Positions 29,396 through 38,350 of a stretch of DNA of 64,000 nt are shown here, in pieces. Every line of letters starts with the position of its first letter. Within the stretch, counting starts at the first letter, position 1. This DNA is from Candidatus Woesearchaeota archaeon (lineage in GTDB: Archaea > Nanobdellota > Nanobdellia > Pacearchaeales > GW2011-AR1). The position numbers and the translations under genes are program-made. A model generated the notes under the pieces. The model had not been told where the DNA came from. It saw only the letters and a program-made list of their open reading frames with translations, and did no database searches. The DNA lies in contig CAZSPD010000004.1 in the NCBI GenBank assembly GCA_964608765.1, forward strand, positions 658 through 64,657, written 5' to 3'.

Positions 29396-30577
29396 TTAGT
29401 AATCTATTGTAAATGTTGCAGGAACAGCAATTATGTTCCCTGCTTTATCTGATATTTCTATTGATAATGAATAATCTCCTTTTGTAAATGCAACTTTTTT
29501 GTAACAGTAACCATTTGTTAGTTTTGTACATAGAGTTGTTGTAGGTGAGCGAGGATTAAGTGTATTTTTAGAGGTTATTCTATAGAGATTGTCTTCACTT
29601 ATACTTAAATTAAATTCAATATATCTTTTATTTACTATTTTGAAAAATGAATCGGGATTGTTTAGTACAGGTGGTTTAGTGTCTACTTTTATTTGAGTGC
29701 TTCGTGAAGAAACACTTGTTCCTGCAATATCTTCAACTTCAAAATAATATCCTATTGTTTGTCCTGTGTATTTATTTAGGTTTACATCAATTGTACATAA
29801 GTATTGATTTGAAGCATAAGTACATTTACTTAAATCTAGGTTTGTTTTATCTGTTCCATAATATAGTGTGACTCTTTTAGGATTTAATTCTCTGAATTTG
29901 ATTTCAAATGAACCATCTGCAAAACTATTTGCTCGTGGAAGTGCTGTTGAGAGTGTAGGTTTTATACTGTCTACAAAGAAATTAACTTCTACTTCAGTAG
30001 GGTTTCCATTTAAGTCTGTTGCTTTGAATAGTAAACTGTTTTGACCTTCTTTGAATGTTATTGATTTTGAGTATGGATTAGATGAAGTAGAAACTGGACA
30101 TTTAGGGCAGATTCTCATCCAAGAAATTGAGCCTGGTTTATTTAAGTCTCTGTATTGAATTTCTGCAATTTCATTAAGAGTTAATTTAAGATCAATTCTT
30201 CTAGAATTTTGAATACTATTATTTAGAGGATTTAGTATTTTTAATTCAGGAGGTTCTCCATCAGATACAACTCCTCCACCAGGTACATCACCTGAACAGT
30301 CTGTAGGCATCTTTAAACACACAGCAGAATTTCCACCAACATAACACTCTCTTACTGGATCATAAGATTTGAAACACGGAGTACATAAAGTGTATTGACA
30401 AGTGCAGTATTTTGAATTACAATTTGAAAGTGTTATTTTATCTTGATTAGTACAATAAGTGTATTTATCCCCTTTAGTGAAACATGCTTTAAATTCTGCA
30501 CTTGCAAATGAAAGCATTGTTAGAGTTAATACTAACATTATGAATGTTATTCCGAGTGTTTTTTTTGATGTTTTCAT
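29396..30577 (-). CDS. Secreted Ig-fold protein
   Basis: Signal peptide nearly the same as 24423..26288; DGEPPELKILNP, VDSIKP, VDTKPP Ig-like starts; DKAGN. Confidence 0.75.
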   Translation of the reverse strand: MKTSKKTLGITFIMLVLTLTMLSFASAEFKACFTKGDKYTYCTNQDKITLSNCNSKYCTCQYTLCTPCFKSYDPVRECYVGGNSAVCLKMPTDCSGDVPGGGVVSDGEPPELKILNPLNNSIQNSRRIDLKLTLNEIAEIQYRDLNKPGSISWMRICPKCPVSTSSNPYSKSITFKEGQNSLLFKATDLNGNPTEVEVNFFVDSIKPTLSTALPRANSFADGSFEIKFRELNPKRVTLYYGTDKTNLDLSKCTYASNQYLCTIDVNLNKYTGQTIGYYFEVEDIAGTSVSSRSTQIKVDTKPPVLNNPDSFFKIVNKRYIEFNLSISEDNLYRITSKNTLNPRSPTTTLCTKLTNGYCYKKVAFTKGDYSLSIEISDKAGNIIAVPATFTIDY

Positions 30578-30680
30578 TTTGTTTTTGTGTTTTTATGTAG
30601 TGTGTTTTACTTTGTTTGTTTATGTGAATTTGAGAGTTTACTCTTAGTGAGTACCCTGTTTCTTGAGGGTGTTTGAGTAT

Positions 30681-30709
30681 AATAAAATAAAAAATAAAAA
30701 AATAAAAAA
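30681..30709 (-). terminator. T-rich archaeal terminator after paralog 3
   Basis: Minus strand TTTTTTATTTTTTTATTTTTTATTTTATT right after the stop codon. Confidence 0.6.
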
Positions 30710-30714
30710 TGGAT

Positions 30715-31845
30715 TTAGATTGCTTCACCCCAGAAGTAAATCTTTCCACTATCAAAGTTACCATTACATGGTTCTGGAAGATTAAGTCTGAAGATTAGCG
30801 ACATTTCTGCTCCAGGTGCTAGGATGTTTCCAAGGTAGTATGGACCTTGTTTCATAGTTGATTGAAGAATTTCATGTCTATCATAGAATGGGTTTGGATC
30901 ATTAAATCCTGTACCATAGTTGATTGATAGATATCCTTCAGCATCTTTATTTCTTCCTACTTGTAAATCCTGTTTTGTAGAATATGCTCCGTTTGTAGCA
31001 TAGTATCTGAAATTTTCTAATTTAAGAACATTGCTTGTTCCACATTTAGCTCCTGAACTTGATGAATCATAGAAGTCTGTTCCTGATATGAACATATCAA
31101 GTAAAACTCCTGAACCGAGGTCAGCTTCATTTCCAACTAATACTCTTCTAGAGTATGAGCTAGTTCCTGGTCTTACTTCATCAAAGCTTATTTCTCCATC
31201 AATTGATAATTCAATTATTGGATTAAGGAACCAGTATTCCATTTCAGCCATCTCAGAAGTTAATCCATTTAAATCTTCAGCTTCAACAGTTATTTCATAT
31301 TCTCCATACATAGATTCGAAAGTTTCTACAGTAAGAGTACATGTGTAATAAGCCATTACTTCTGGATTAAATGTTGTTAATTTTTCTTCTAAGATTCTAG
31401 CATTACAAGATTCTGGTATTTCTCCTGGTTTAGGTTTAGGTTTCCCTAAAACTTCTACATCGTATGTGCTATAGTGAACTGGGAATATATTCCCAACTTC
31501 TCTTTTACAGTTTGCTTCAATGTCTCCACCAACTGTTACATACACATCTTTAACTTTGTCGATTCCGTTTTTATCCATTACAAGAACAGTCCATTGGATT
31601 TGTTCACCTTCGAAAGCATAGTTGTTTATTCTTTCGACCATAACTTGTCCAGGTCCTGTTATTCTTCCGGGTTCAGTTGCATCATCATATACAACTCTAT
31701 CATAACATTGCCATACAATTGGTTCAAATTCTTCTGTTATGATACTAACACCCATCCCTGAACCAACACTAACAGCTAAAACTCCAGGTAATACTGAAAG
31801 CACTAACGCAGAAATTACTAATACGCTTAATAATGTCTTTTTCAT
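30715..31845 (-). CDS. Secreted protein, paralog 3 (minimal form); candidate abundant envelope/S-layer-like protein
   Basis: Signal peptide followed almost directly by the shared domain; strong SD; own promoter and terminator. Confidence 0.85.
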   Translation of the reverse strand: MKKTLLSVLVISALVLSVLPGVLAVSVGSGMGVSIITEEFEPIVWQCYDRVVYDDATEPGRITGPGQVMVERINNYAFEGEQIQWTVLVMDKNGIDKVKDVYVTVGGDIEANCKREVGNIFPVHYSTYDVEVLGKPKPKPGEIPESCNARILEEKLTTFNPEVMAYYTCTLTVETFESMYGEYEITVEAEDLNGLTSEMAEMEYWFLNPIIELSIDGEISFDEVRPGTSSYSRRVLVGNEADLGSGVLLDMFISGTDFYDSSSSGAKCGTSNVLKLENFRYYATNGAYSTKQDLQVGRNKDAEGYLSINYGTGFNDPNPFYDRHEILQSTMKQGPYYLGNILAPGAEMSLIFRLNLPEPCNGNFDSGKIYFWGEAI

Positions 31846-31946
31846 ATTTTATAACCTCCTTTCAACTGTATGTAATATCCTCTGTTAGACAGATTCGTTA
31901 TCGCAACTTTATCCGGATAACTATGAAATGATGTTAATTTATATAA
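31846..31946 (-). promoter_or_regulatory. TATA box, structured 5' UTR and strong Shine-Dalgarno of paralog 3
   Basis: TTATATAAA at about 31938-31946; hairpins GTTATC..GATAAC (31897-31921) and TCTGT-3nt-ACAGA (31881-31893); AGGAGGT at 31854-31860, 8 nt before the ATG. Confidence 0.65.
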
Positions 31947-32310
31947 TTCTATTTTGATTTTCTCTTTTTGTGCCTCTTTTGCACATCTTTTTTTGAACAT
32001 TGTAGATTTTCTAAATGCAATTTCTTTTTAAGCATTATTGTCGTCGAAGTAATAGGTTTTTGTTGTTACCTTATTTAGATGAACTAATTTATTTTTTTGA
32101 CTTTATCGAATACAAAAGGCTAATTTTAATACTGAGTTATATCTATTCTAATATGCATATTATTTGGATATAAACTGAAAATTGCTTTTTGAGAGTAACA
32201 GCAAGCATTATTGTTTTTAGAGTAGCAAAAGAAAAAAGGTATTTTTGAATTACTATTCTATTATTGGATGTAAGTTATTATTTTAATTTAGAAATTAATA
32301 GGGTGTTAGT

Positions 32311-32829
32311 TTATTTTTTCTTTTTTGCAGGTGTTTTTTTCTTTGCAGGTTTTTTAGAAGTTGTAGTTTTCTTTTTAGTAGGAGTTTTCTTTTTTGTTGT
32401 TTTAGGAGTGCCTGGTTTTTTGTAAGTTTTTTTAGCTGCTTTCATTGCATCTTGGAAAGTAGCATCAGGGTCTTTTTCTTTCATTGCTCTGTAAGTGTCA
32501 CTTAAATGAACTTGCCAGGTTGTTAGTTTTTTTCTATCATCATATATTGTTCTATCTCCTGAAGGAGTTTCTTGTTTTGGGGTGATTTGAATAGGTGTAA
32601 ATCTTGTTTCTTGAATTTTTGCTTCTTTTGCTTCCATTTCTTCTCCTACTAGATTCACACGTGAGATTGCAGCAGCCATTTTTCTCATTCTTTTTACTTG
32701 ATTTTCCATTTTTTTTATTCTTCTTCTTTCATTTATTGAAATTGCAATTATTCCAATTAAAACTAATAATATTAGAATAAATAGTAAAATAGGTACAATC
32801 ATGCTTGGTTGAAAAAATAAAAATGACAT
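32311..32829 (-). CDS. Membrane-anchored basic protein with HMG-box-like helix pair and histone H1-like Lys/Pro/Thr tail
   Basis: N-terminal TM; WQVHLSDTYRAMKEKDPDATFQDAMKAAKKTYKK; PKTTKKKTPTKKK...PAKKKTPAKKKK. Confidence 0.7.
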   Translation of the reverse strand: MSFLFFQPSMIVPILLFILILLVLIGIIAISINERRRIKKMENQVKRMRKMAAAISRVNLVGEEMEAKEAKIQETRFTPIQITPKQETPSGDRTIYDDRKKLTTWQVHLSDTYRAMKEKDPDATFQDAMKAAKKTYKKPGTPKTTKKKTPTKKKTTTSKKPAKKKTPAKKKK

Positions 32830-32912
32830 TTTGTTACTTTAAAATGTTGTCAACATGGTTTTTATAGATATTTGTGTTTAAATTTGCTATTTTTTGTTGT
32901 TACTTTTTATTG

Positions 32913-33186
32913 ATGATTATTTATAATCAAGAGATAATAAGAAAGATATTTCTGCAACTTAAGAATAATCCTTATGTGGGATCAAATAAGGTATAAATTT
33001 TTCAGAGAAAAAAGAATAAAAGAGAAAAGAATTTACTATTTGGTTTATGATGATTTAATGTTAGTGTTGATTGTTGCTATAAGTGATAAGAAAACTCAAG
33101 AAGAAACAATAAATAAGATTGTAGAATATTTTAAAGAATATAGGGAGCATTCAGAAAAATTAAGCAACTCTTTTGACTTTTTCTAA
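32913..33186 (+). pseudogene. Frameshifted, N-truncated RelE/ParE-like toxin
   Basis: MIIYNQEIIRKIFLQLKNNPYVG (frame from 32913) continues as DQIRYKFFREKRIKEKRIYYLVYDD in another frame at about 32980. Confidence 0.6.
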
Positions 33187-33396
33187 TTTTAAATCTTTTA
33201 AGCTTTCTTCGAATTGTTTAATTAAGTCTTCATCTATTTTTTTTATTATTATCATATCTTCTATTTTATCTAGTGCAATTATAGACCCTTCTTTTAAATT
33301 TAGTTCATTCCTTATTTTATTTGGGATTACAATTTGGCCTTTTGAGCTTATTTTTGTTATTTCCATAGTGTAAGAAAGTAAGAATGTAGTCTTCAT
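33160..33396 (-). CDS. AbrB/MazE/SpoVT-family DNA-binding protein
   Basis: TKISSKGQIVIPNKIRNELNLKEGS; probable start at MEITK. Confidence 0.9.
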   Translation of the reverse strand: MKTTFLLSYTMEITKISSKGQIVIPNKIRNELNLKEGSIIALDKIEDMIIIKKIDEDLIKQFEESLKDLKLEKVKRVA

Positions 33397-33407
33397 AAAT
33401 TTTCCTA

Positions 33408-33866
33408 TTATTTTTCTTCAATCCAGAAGTGAATGTCAATATTCATAGGATAATTAGGGTCAGGCCACCATAATTTGTCTTTGAATTTAGGGTTTTCCAA
33501 ACTTAAGTCTTTTGTTATATTTATTATTATTTTAGTTCTATTAAATTCTTCAATTAATTTGAAGGATTCATCAATAGTTATGTATTCATCTATTTCTAAT
33601 ATGAATTCTCCTGAATCCATATTATCTAGGAGTGTTCCATTTTCAGCAAACATATCTATTGTGTAAGTGTATCTCATTTTTTGATGTTCTAAGTTGTGAA
33701 TTGTGAATGAGTAGTTGTAGATTTCATTTAATTTAACTGAAGAAGGTAATTCAGTGTGGTTTTCAAAGTACATTTCAGTTAAAGGTTCTATTCCTAAAGG
33801 AATAAATGAAAGTACAACTAAAAATATTCCAAGCAAGATTATTCCAGCAATAAATACTTTTTTCAT
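33408..33866 (-). CDS. DUF1616-like membrane-anchored protein
   Basis: N-terminal TM, EPLTEMYF, FTIHNLEHQKMRYTY, IHFWIE. Confidence 0.6.
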   Translation of the reverse strand: MKKVFIAGIILLGIFLVVLSFIPLGIEPLTEMYFENHTELPSSVKLNEIYNYSFTIHNLEHQKMRYTYTIDMFAENGTLLDNMDSGEFILEIDEYITIDESFKLIEEFNRTKIIINITKDLSLENPKFKDKLWWPDPNYPMNIDIHFWIEEK

Positions 33867-33960
33867 TGTTTGTTTTCTCCTAATAGATACTTTAGTTTAC
33901 TTCTTATTAAATCTATAGATTTCATGATTTTTTAGGTTTTTTAGTGGAGTTTTTAATAAT

Positions 33961-34473
33961 TTATAGAGTGTTTAAAATATCTTTAAAAAATTCAGTTTGT
34001 CTTATTAAAGTGTATCTTTTTTCTCCTGTGCTTAAAGGTAATTCATTATAGCACTGGTGTAAGCAAGATGTAAAGTATATTTTATCTACTGTTTTTCTTG
34101 ATTTTAAAGAACCTATTTTTCTTCCTCTCCCTATTATATTTGATATTTCTTCAGGGATGTACATGTTTCCAACAACATCGCTTTTTTCAACTCTTGCTTT
34201 AAATTCAGGAACACCTTTAGATTCAAGAGCATAATTTACTAGTTTTAGGGATTTTCTAGCATAACTTGCAGGAACTCTAATTATTCTATTTTCATTTGAT
34301 TTTAGATTATATTCAATATTTCCAAGATCATCTATTTTTCCTACAAATTTTGAGTAAAATTCTTTGCTTTTTCCATCAATGTATTTTTCATTAGAAAGTG
34401 TTCCGCCTCCATTTTCGCGAATACTTTCATTTAAGATTATGTTTTTTTCTAGATTATTGAATATGCTTACCAT
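33961..34473 (-). CDS. Hypothetical protein
   Basis: 170-aa ORF, no recognised motif. Confidence 0.6.
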   Translation of the reverse strand: MVSIFNNLEKNIILNESIRENGGGTLSNEKYIDGKSKEFYSKFVGKIDDLGNIEYNLKSNENRIIRVPASYARKSLKLVNYALESKGVPEFKARVEKSDVVGNMYIPEEISNIIGRGRKIGSLKSRKTVDKIYFTSCLHQCYNELPLSTGEKRYTLIRQTEFFKDILNTL

Positions 34474-34555
34474 GATTTAATAGATAAATTATTTATTTAT
34501 AAAGTTTTCTATATATAACTACTATATAGTTACATAAATAATATTTAGAAGTAAA

Positions 34556-34843
34556 TTATTCTTTAGTTTTTAGTTTTTCTTCTAAATTATTTGTGTTTGG
34601 GGTGTGAGTGTCTTTATCTTGATTAGTTAAATAGCAATTATTGTGTTTTGCTCTTTTAAAACACAAATAAACATAACTTGCTGCAGAGATTCCAAATCCT
34701 ACTCCAACTAAGCTTCTTTCTTTATCACTTGGTTCTTCGTGTTTATAGGCTTTGTATCCAACATAGGAAATGCTCCCAAATGTTGAACATACCAGTGTTG
34801 CAAGAATAAGATAATCTTTTATATTTTTAGTTTGTTTTTTCAC
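34556..34843 (-). CDS. Small membrane hypothetical protein
   Basis: Two hydrophobic segments. Confidence 0.55.
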   Translation of the reverse strand: MKKQTKNIKDYLILATLVCSTFGSISYVGYKAYKHEEPSDKERSLVGVGFGISAASYVYLCFKRAKHNNCYLTNQDKDTHTPNTNNLEEKLKTKE

Positions 34844-34857
34844 TTTAATTTCTTTTT

Positions 34858-35349
34858 TTAGTTTTTTGGTTTTTCTTGTATTTTTTGTGCTTTTTTTGCA
34901 TTGTATTTGTATTCTTCTATTTCTTTTATTTTATTAGATAAGTAATTATATCTTCCTTCAAATTGTTTGTAAATTCCAGTATCTTTTGAACTGTAATTAA
35001 CCTTGTTTATATTGACTTTTTCCATACCTTTTTTTAGAAAAGGGTTCTCAATGTATTTTATTTTTCCTTTTTCTTTGTATTCAATAATTTTATTGTGTGT
35101 GAGTCCATAAGAATAAACTACTTTGTTTCCATCAATATTATATTTTTGATTAGCTAGTTTAGGTATATTTACTGCAATAGTGAGTGCAATTGCAAGTACT
35201 CCTCCACTCGCTACAAGACTTGCAAGTGTTTTTTTAGCTAATTCTTTTTCTGTTTCAGAATGTAGATTGTGCTGTGTAAATTTCTTACTATCAAAATGAC
35301 TGTAGTGTTTAGTTCTTTCTTTATTATTAGATTTGTTTTCTAAATTCAT
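34858..35349 (-). CDS. Single-TM hypothetical protein
   Basis: One hydrophobic segment (LASLVASGGVLAIALTIAV). Confidence 0.55.
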   Translation of the reverse strand: MNLENKSNNKERTKHYSHFDSKKFTQHNLHSETEKELAKKTLASLVASGGVLAIALTIAVNIPKLANQKYNIDGNKVVYSYGLTHNKIIEYKEKGKIKYIENPFLKKGMEKVNINKVNYSSKDTGIYKQFEGRYNYLSNKIKEIEEYKYNAKKAQKIQEKPKN

Positions 35350-35422
35350 TGTAAAGTATATGTTTTGAAATGTGATTTAAAAAGTTTGTGTAGATTTAGA
35401 TGTAAGTTTTAGTGTATTGGTT

Positions 35423-36214
35423 TTATTCTCTTAAGAAATTAAGTATATCTTGCCATCTTTCTTCAATTAATCCTAAATTTCTTGCATCGTGTCCTTTAGA
35501 GTGTTTTATTAATTTAATCCAAGGGTGTTTTTCAATAATATTTAGAGTGTGGTTAATTGAAGTTGTTTTATCTTCAGAATCATGAAATACTAAAATACCT
35601 GTTTCATTTCCAGCTAATCTATTAAGATAAAAATCAGGTGAAGCTTCTGGGACCTGATTTATTTTTTCAATTAAACTTTCATTTTTAAATTTGATTCTGT
35701 ATAGGTTTCTGTAAGCTCTTCTAATAAATTCTAAATGTTTTTCAATGTCTTGCTCATCTCCATCTTGATTGTGTTTTTTAAAATCCCAGACAGGAGAAAA
35801 TAATATTATTTTTCTAATATCTTTATCAAGTGCTCCAGCACCACAAGAGAGTGCTCCACTAAAGCTTCCACCTAAAAGAATTATATTTCCAACAGAAAAT
35901 TTAATGATGTTATTGTCCCATAGGTTTTTTGCTTTTCCTTTTTTTAGTTCTTTTAAGAATTCTGTTATTTCTTTAACAATATTTTCTTCAAGGAATCCTT
36001 TACCTTTGCTTTGATAAGTTCCAGTGTATTTTGGGAAAAATACATTGAATCCTCTATTATATAGGAATTTTATTAAATTATTATATTCTGCAGCACCTGG
36101 AAAACCTGGGAGAATAATGATTGCATCTCTTTTCCATCCTTCTTCATATCCATGAACTAAAAACTCAAAGAAAACATCTTTGTAATATGATTTTAAGATA
36201 TAATTTTCTATCAT
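35423..36214 (-). CDS. Alpha/beta-fold hydrolase
   Basis: ILPGFPG, nucleophile elbow GGSFSG, FHDSEDK, KGH. Confidence 0.8.
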   Translation of the reverse strand: MIENYILKSYYKDVFFEFLVHGYEEGWKRDAIIILPGFPGAAEYNNLIKFLYNRGFNVFFPKYTGTYQSKGKGFLEENIVKEITEFLKELKKGKAKNLWDNNIIKFSVGNIILLGGSFSGALSCGAGALDKDIRKIILFSPVWDFKKHNQDGDEQDIEKHLEFIRRAYRNLYRIKFKNESLIEKINQVPEASPDFYLNRLAGNETGILVFHDSEDKTTSINHTLNIIEKHPWIKLIKHSKGHDARNLGLIEERWQDILNFLRE

Positions 36215-36338
36215 AATTTACTAAAGGTTTTATTCCTTTTATGTTTTATGTTTTGGGTTTTATGTCTTGGGTTTTGGGCTTCTCTTTAAAAGATGTTTAA
36301 GTTAATAGTGCAGTAATGGGGTATTGATTTCTTAAAAA

Positions 36339-36463
36339 TATTCTATTTTGTATATTTAGTCAAAGAAAATGTAACTTTTAGTACAAAATACAAAAGATAT
36401 AACTGATTTATTATTCTATTTTGTATATTTAGTCAAAGAAAATGTAACTTTTAGTACAAAATA
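36339..36463. repeat. Exact 52-bp direct repeat (73-bp period) upstream of the Fic gene
   Basis: tattctattttgtatatttagtcaaagaaaatgtaacttttagtacaaaata at 36339-36390 and 36412-36463; each copy is internally bounded by tattttgta/tacaaaata. Confidence 0.92.
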
Positions 36464-36498
36464 GGAATATTTTTAAACTTTAAATCCTTATAAATATC

Positions 36499-37740
36499 AT
36501 GGTAACTAAATATGATGTCTTTGAATTTGTTTATAAAAATCAAGTTCCTTTAAAGCCAATAGATGTAGTAAGAAATTTTCATAAGGATGAAAGAGAGTAT
36601 CATGCTATTTATAAGATGCTAAGAGAACTTCAAAAAGAAAAACTTTTGGAAAAAACAGATAATGGATTTCAGATTAAGTTAAGTGAAAAATCAGAGCTTC
36701 TTTATGAAATTATTAAATATTCTCTTAATAATAATCTAAATTACAATGAACTCTTAGATAGAAATTTCTCTGATTTTATAAGTATTGGGTTGCAAAAACA
36801 AGAATTAACTTCTTTGGATATAAAAATAAATCCTCGGACTATAAAAAAGTATATAGACATTTTATCTAAATATGGATTAACTCTTGTTTTATCTGAAAAA
36901 CCTCTTAGAATAAAAATATTTTACAATACTCTTATGAATAATTTGTTGATTTATTTTAATCATAGTTCTAAATTAATAAGTGAAGATAAGAAGCAATATA
37001 TTCAAGAAATAGAAAAAGAGCTTTTAAAATATAGAAAATTAAAAAGAAAGAATGAATTAGGATACAGAAAAATAATGGATGAATTTGAGATTCATTTTAT
37101 TCATCATAGTTTATCTCTGGAGGGAAATCCAATAACTCTTCCAGAGACTATAAAAATTTTAAAAGAAAATATAATCCCCTCTAATTTGAAGATAAATGAT
37201 GTAGAAGAAGTAAAAAATTATCAAAAAGCACTTATTCAGATGCTTAAAGATGCATCTGAAAGAAAACCATTAAGTTTAGCCAGTGTACTAAATTATCATA
37301 AGCAGGCAATGTTTCACCTTCAGAAACTTGCAGGAAATATACGGGATTTTGAAGTATTTATACAAGGAAATCCTGACTTTAAAATCGTAAAATCTAGAGA
37401 AATACAAGAAGAGCTTGGAAAATTATTTGAAAAATACAATGAATTTATTAAAAGAAAAAAAGTTCTATTGAAAGACATTTTCTCATTTGCAGTTTATTTT
37501 CATAATGAATTTCAACACATTCATCCATTTGCAGATGGAAATAGCAGGACAACAAGGTTAATTACTTTTCATCTTCTTCAGTCAATGGATATTCCAATTT
37601 TTGATATACCGCTTGGTTTATTGGATGAATATTTGAATTGCACAAAAGCATCAAAAAAAAGAGAAGATTCCAGACTTATTTTGACTTTACAAAAAATAAC
37701 TTTGTTTAATCTTAAGAAGATAAATGAAAAATTGAAATAA
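36499..37740 (+). CDS. Fic-domain protein with N-terminal wHTH
   Basis: HPFADGNSRTTR Fic motif; HHSLSLEGNPIT. Confidence 0.92.
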   Translation: MVTKYDVFEFVYKNQVPLKPIDVVRNFHKDEREYHAIYKMLRELQKEKLLEKTDNGFQIKLSEKSELLYEIIKYSLNNNLNYNELLDRNFSDFISIGLQKQELTSLDIKINPRTIKKYIDILSKYGLTLVLSEKPLRIKIFYNTLMNNLLIYFNHSSKLISEDKKQYIQEIEKELLKYRKLKRKNELGYRKIMDEFEIHFIHHSLSLEGNPITLPETIKILKENIIPSNLKINDVEEVKNYQKALIQMLKDASERKPLSLASVLNYHKQAMFHLQKLAGNIRDFEVFIQGNPDFKIVKSREIQEELGKLFEKYNEFIKRKKVLLKDIFSFAVYFHNEFQHIHPFADGNSRTTRLITFHLLQSMDIPIFDIPLGLLDEYLNCTKASKKREDSRLILTLQKITLFNLKKINEKLK

Positions 37741-37783
37741 AAATTATAAAACCACCGGAACAATTAGTCCAAAAAGTGTAAAG

Positions 37784-38350
37784 TTAAGATAAAACTTCTT
37801 CTATCTTAGAAATAAATTCATCTGCATTGCTTAAAGCTGTTTTAGCCATTTCTTTTGTAATAGCAGGAGTAGCATCATATTGAGCTGTTTCTCTGTTTGT
37901 TTTTGTTTGTATGAGTTTTGTTATCAATTGTTCGCTTATAAGATAAGCTTTTGCAAGTTTATGAATATCCTTTGCTTCTAAGTTCTTGTTTTTATTTTCA
38001 TGAACGTAATCATGCTCTAAGACCGCTATTGTGGCTGCATGGCTTTTTGACTTAAAGCCAAGTTTAGCAAGAGCAGATAAAGCAGAAGTATACATTGCAT
38101 AATAAGAAACAATAATAACCCAATCATGAGTCTCAAAGTCCTTGGCAAGATTTAGCATTCTCTTTAAGTCATCTTGTTCAGATATTTTGAATAACAAATT
38201 AGCAATGCTAAAGTTCTTTCTTGCCTTTGTTATAAATGGCTTTTCAAGTTTTTTATTCTCTTCATTTTTTAAAAGATGTTCTTTTTTTAGATATCCCTTA
38301 ATTTGGTTTTTTAGTATTGTTTTTCTGTCTTTCATACTATTAATCTCCAA
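37784..38350 (-). CDS. HEPN-domain protein (module 1)
   Basis: WVIIVSYYAMYTSA, FKSKSHAAT, NRETAQY; coupled to the upstream MNT. Confidence 0.85.
   Translation of the reverse strand: MEINSMKDRKTILKNQIKGYLKKEHLLKNEENKKLEKPFITKARKNFSIANLLFKISEQDDLKRMLNLAKDFETHDWVIIVSYYAMYTSALSALAKLGFKSKSHAATIAVLEHDYVHENKNKNLEAKDIHKLAKAYLISEQLITKLIQTKTNRETAQYDATPAITKEMAKTALSNADEFISKIEEVLS

Noticed and set aside
31846-31921. Known riboswitch class
   Set aside because: No match recognised to fluoride, c-di-GMP, TPP or SAM consensus; kept only as a generic structured leader.
36236-36282. ttttatg/ttttggg heptamer-like run
   Set aside because: Low-complexity and irregular; no consistent unit.
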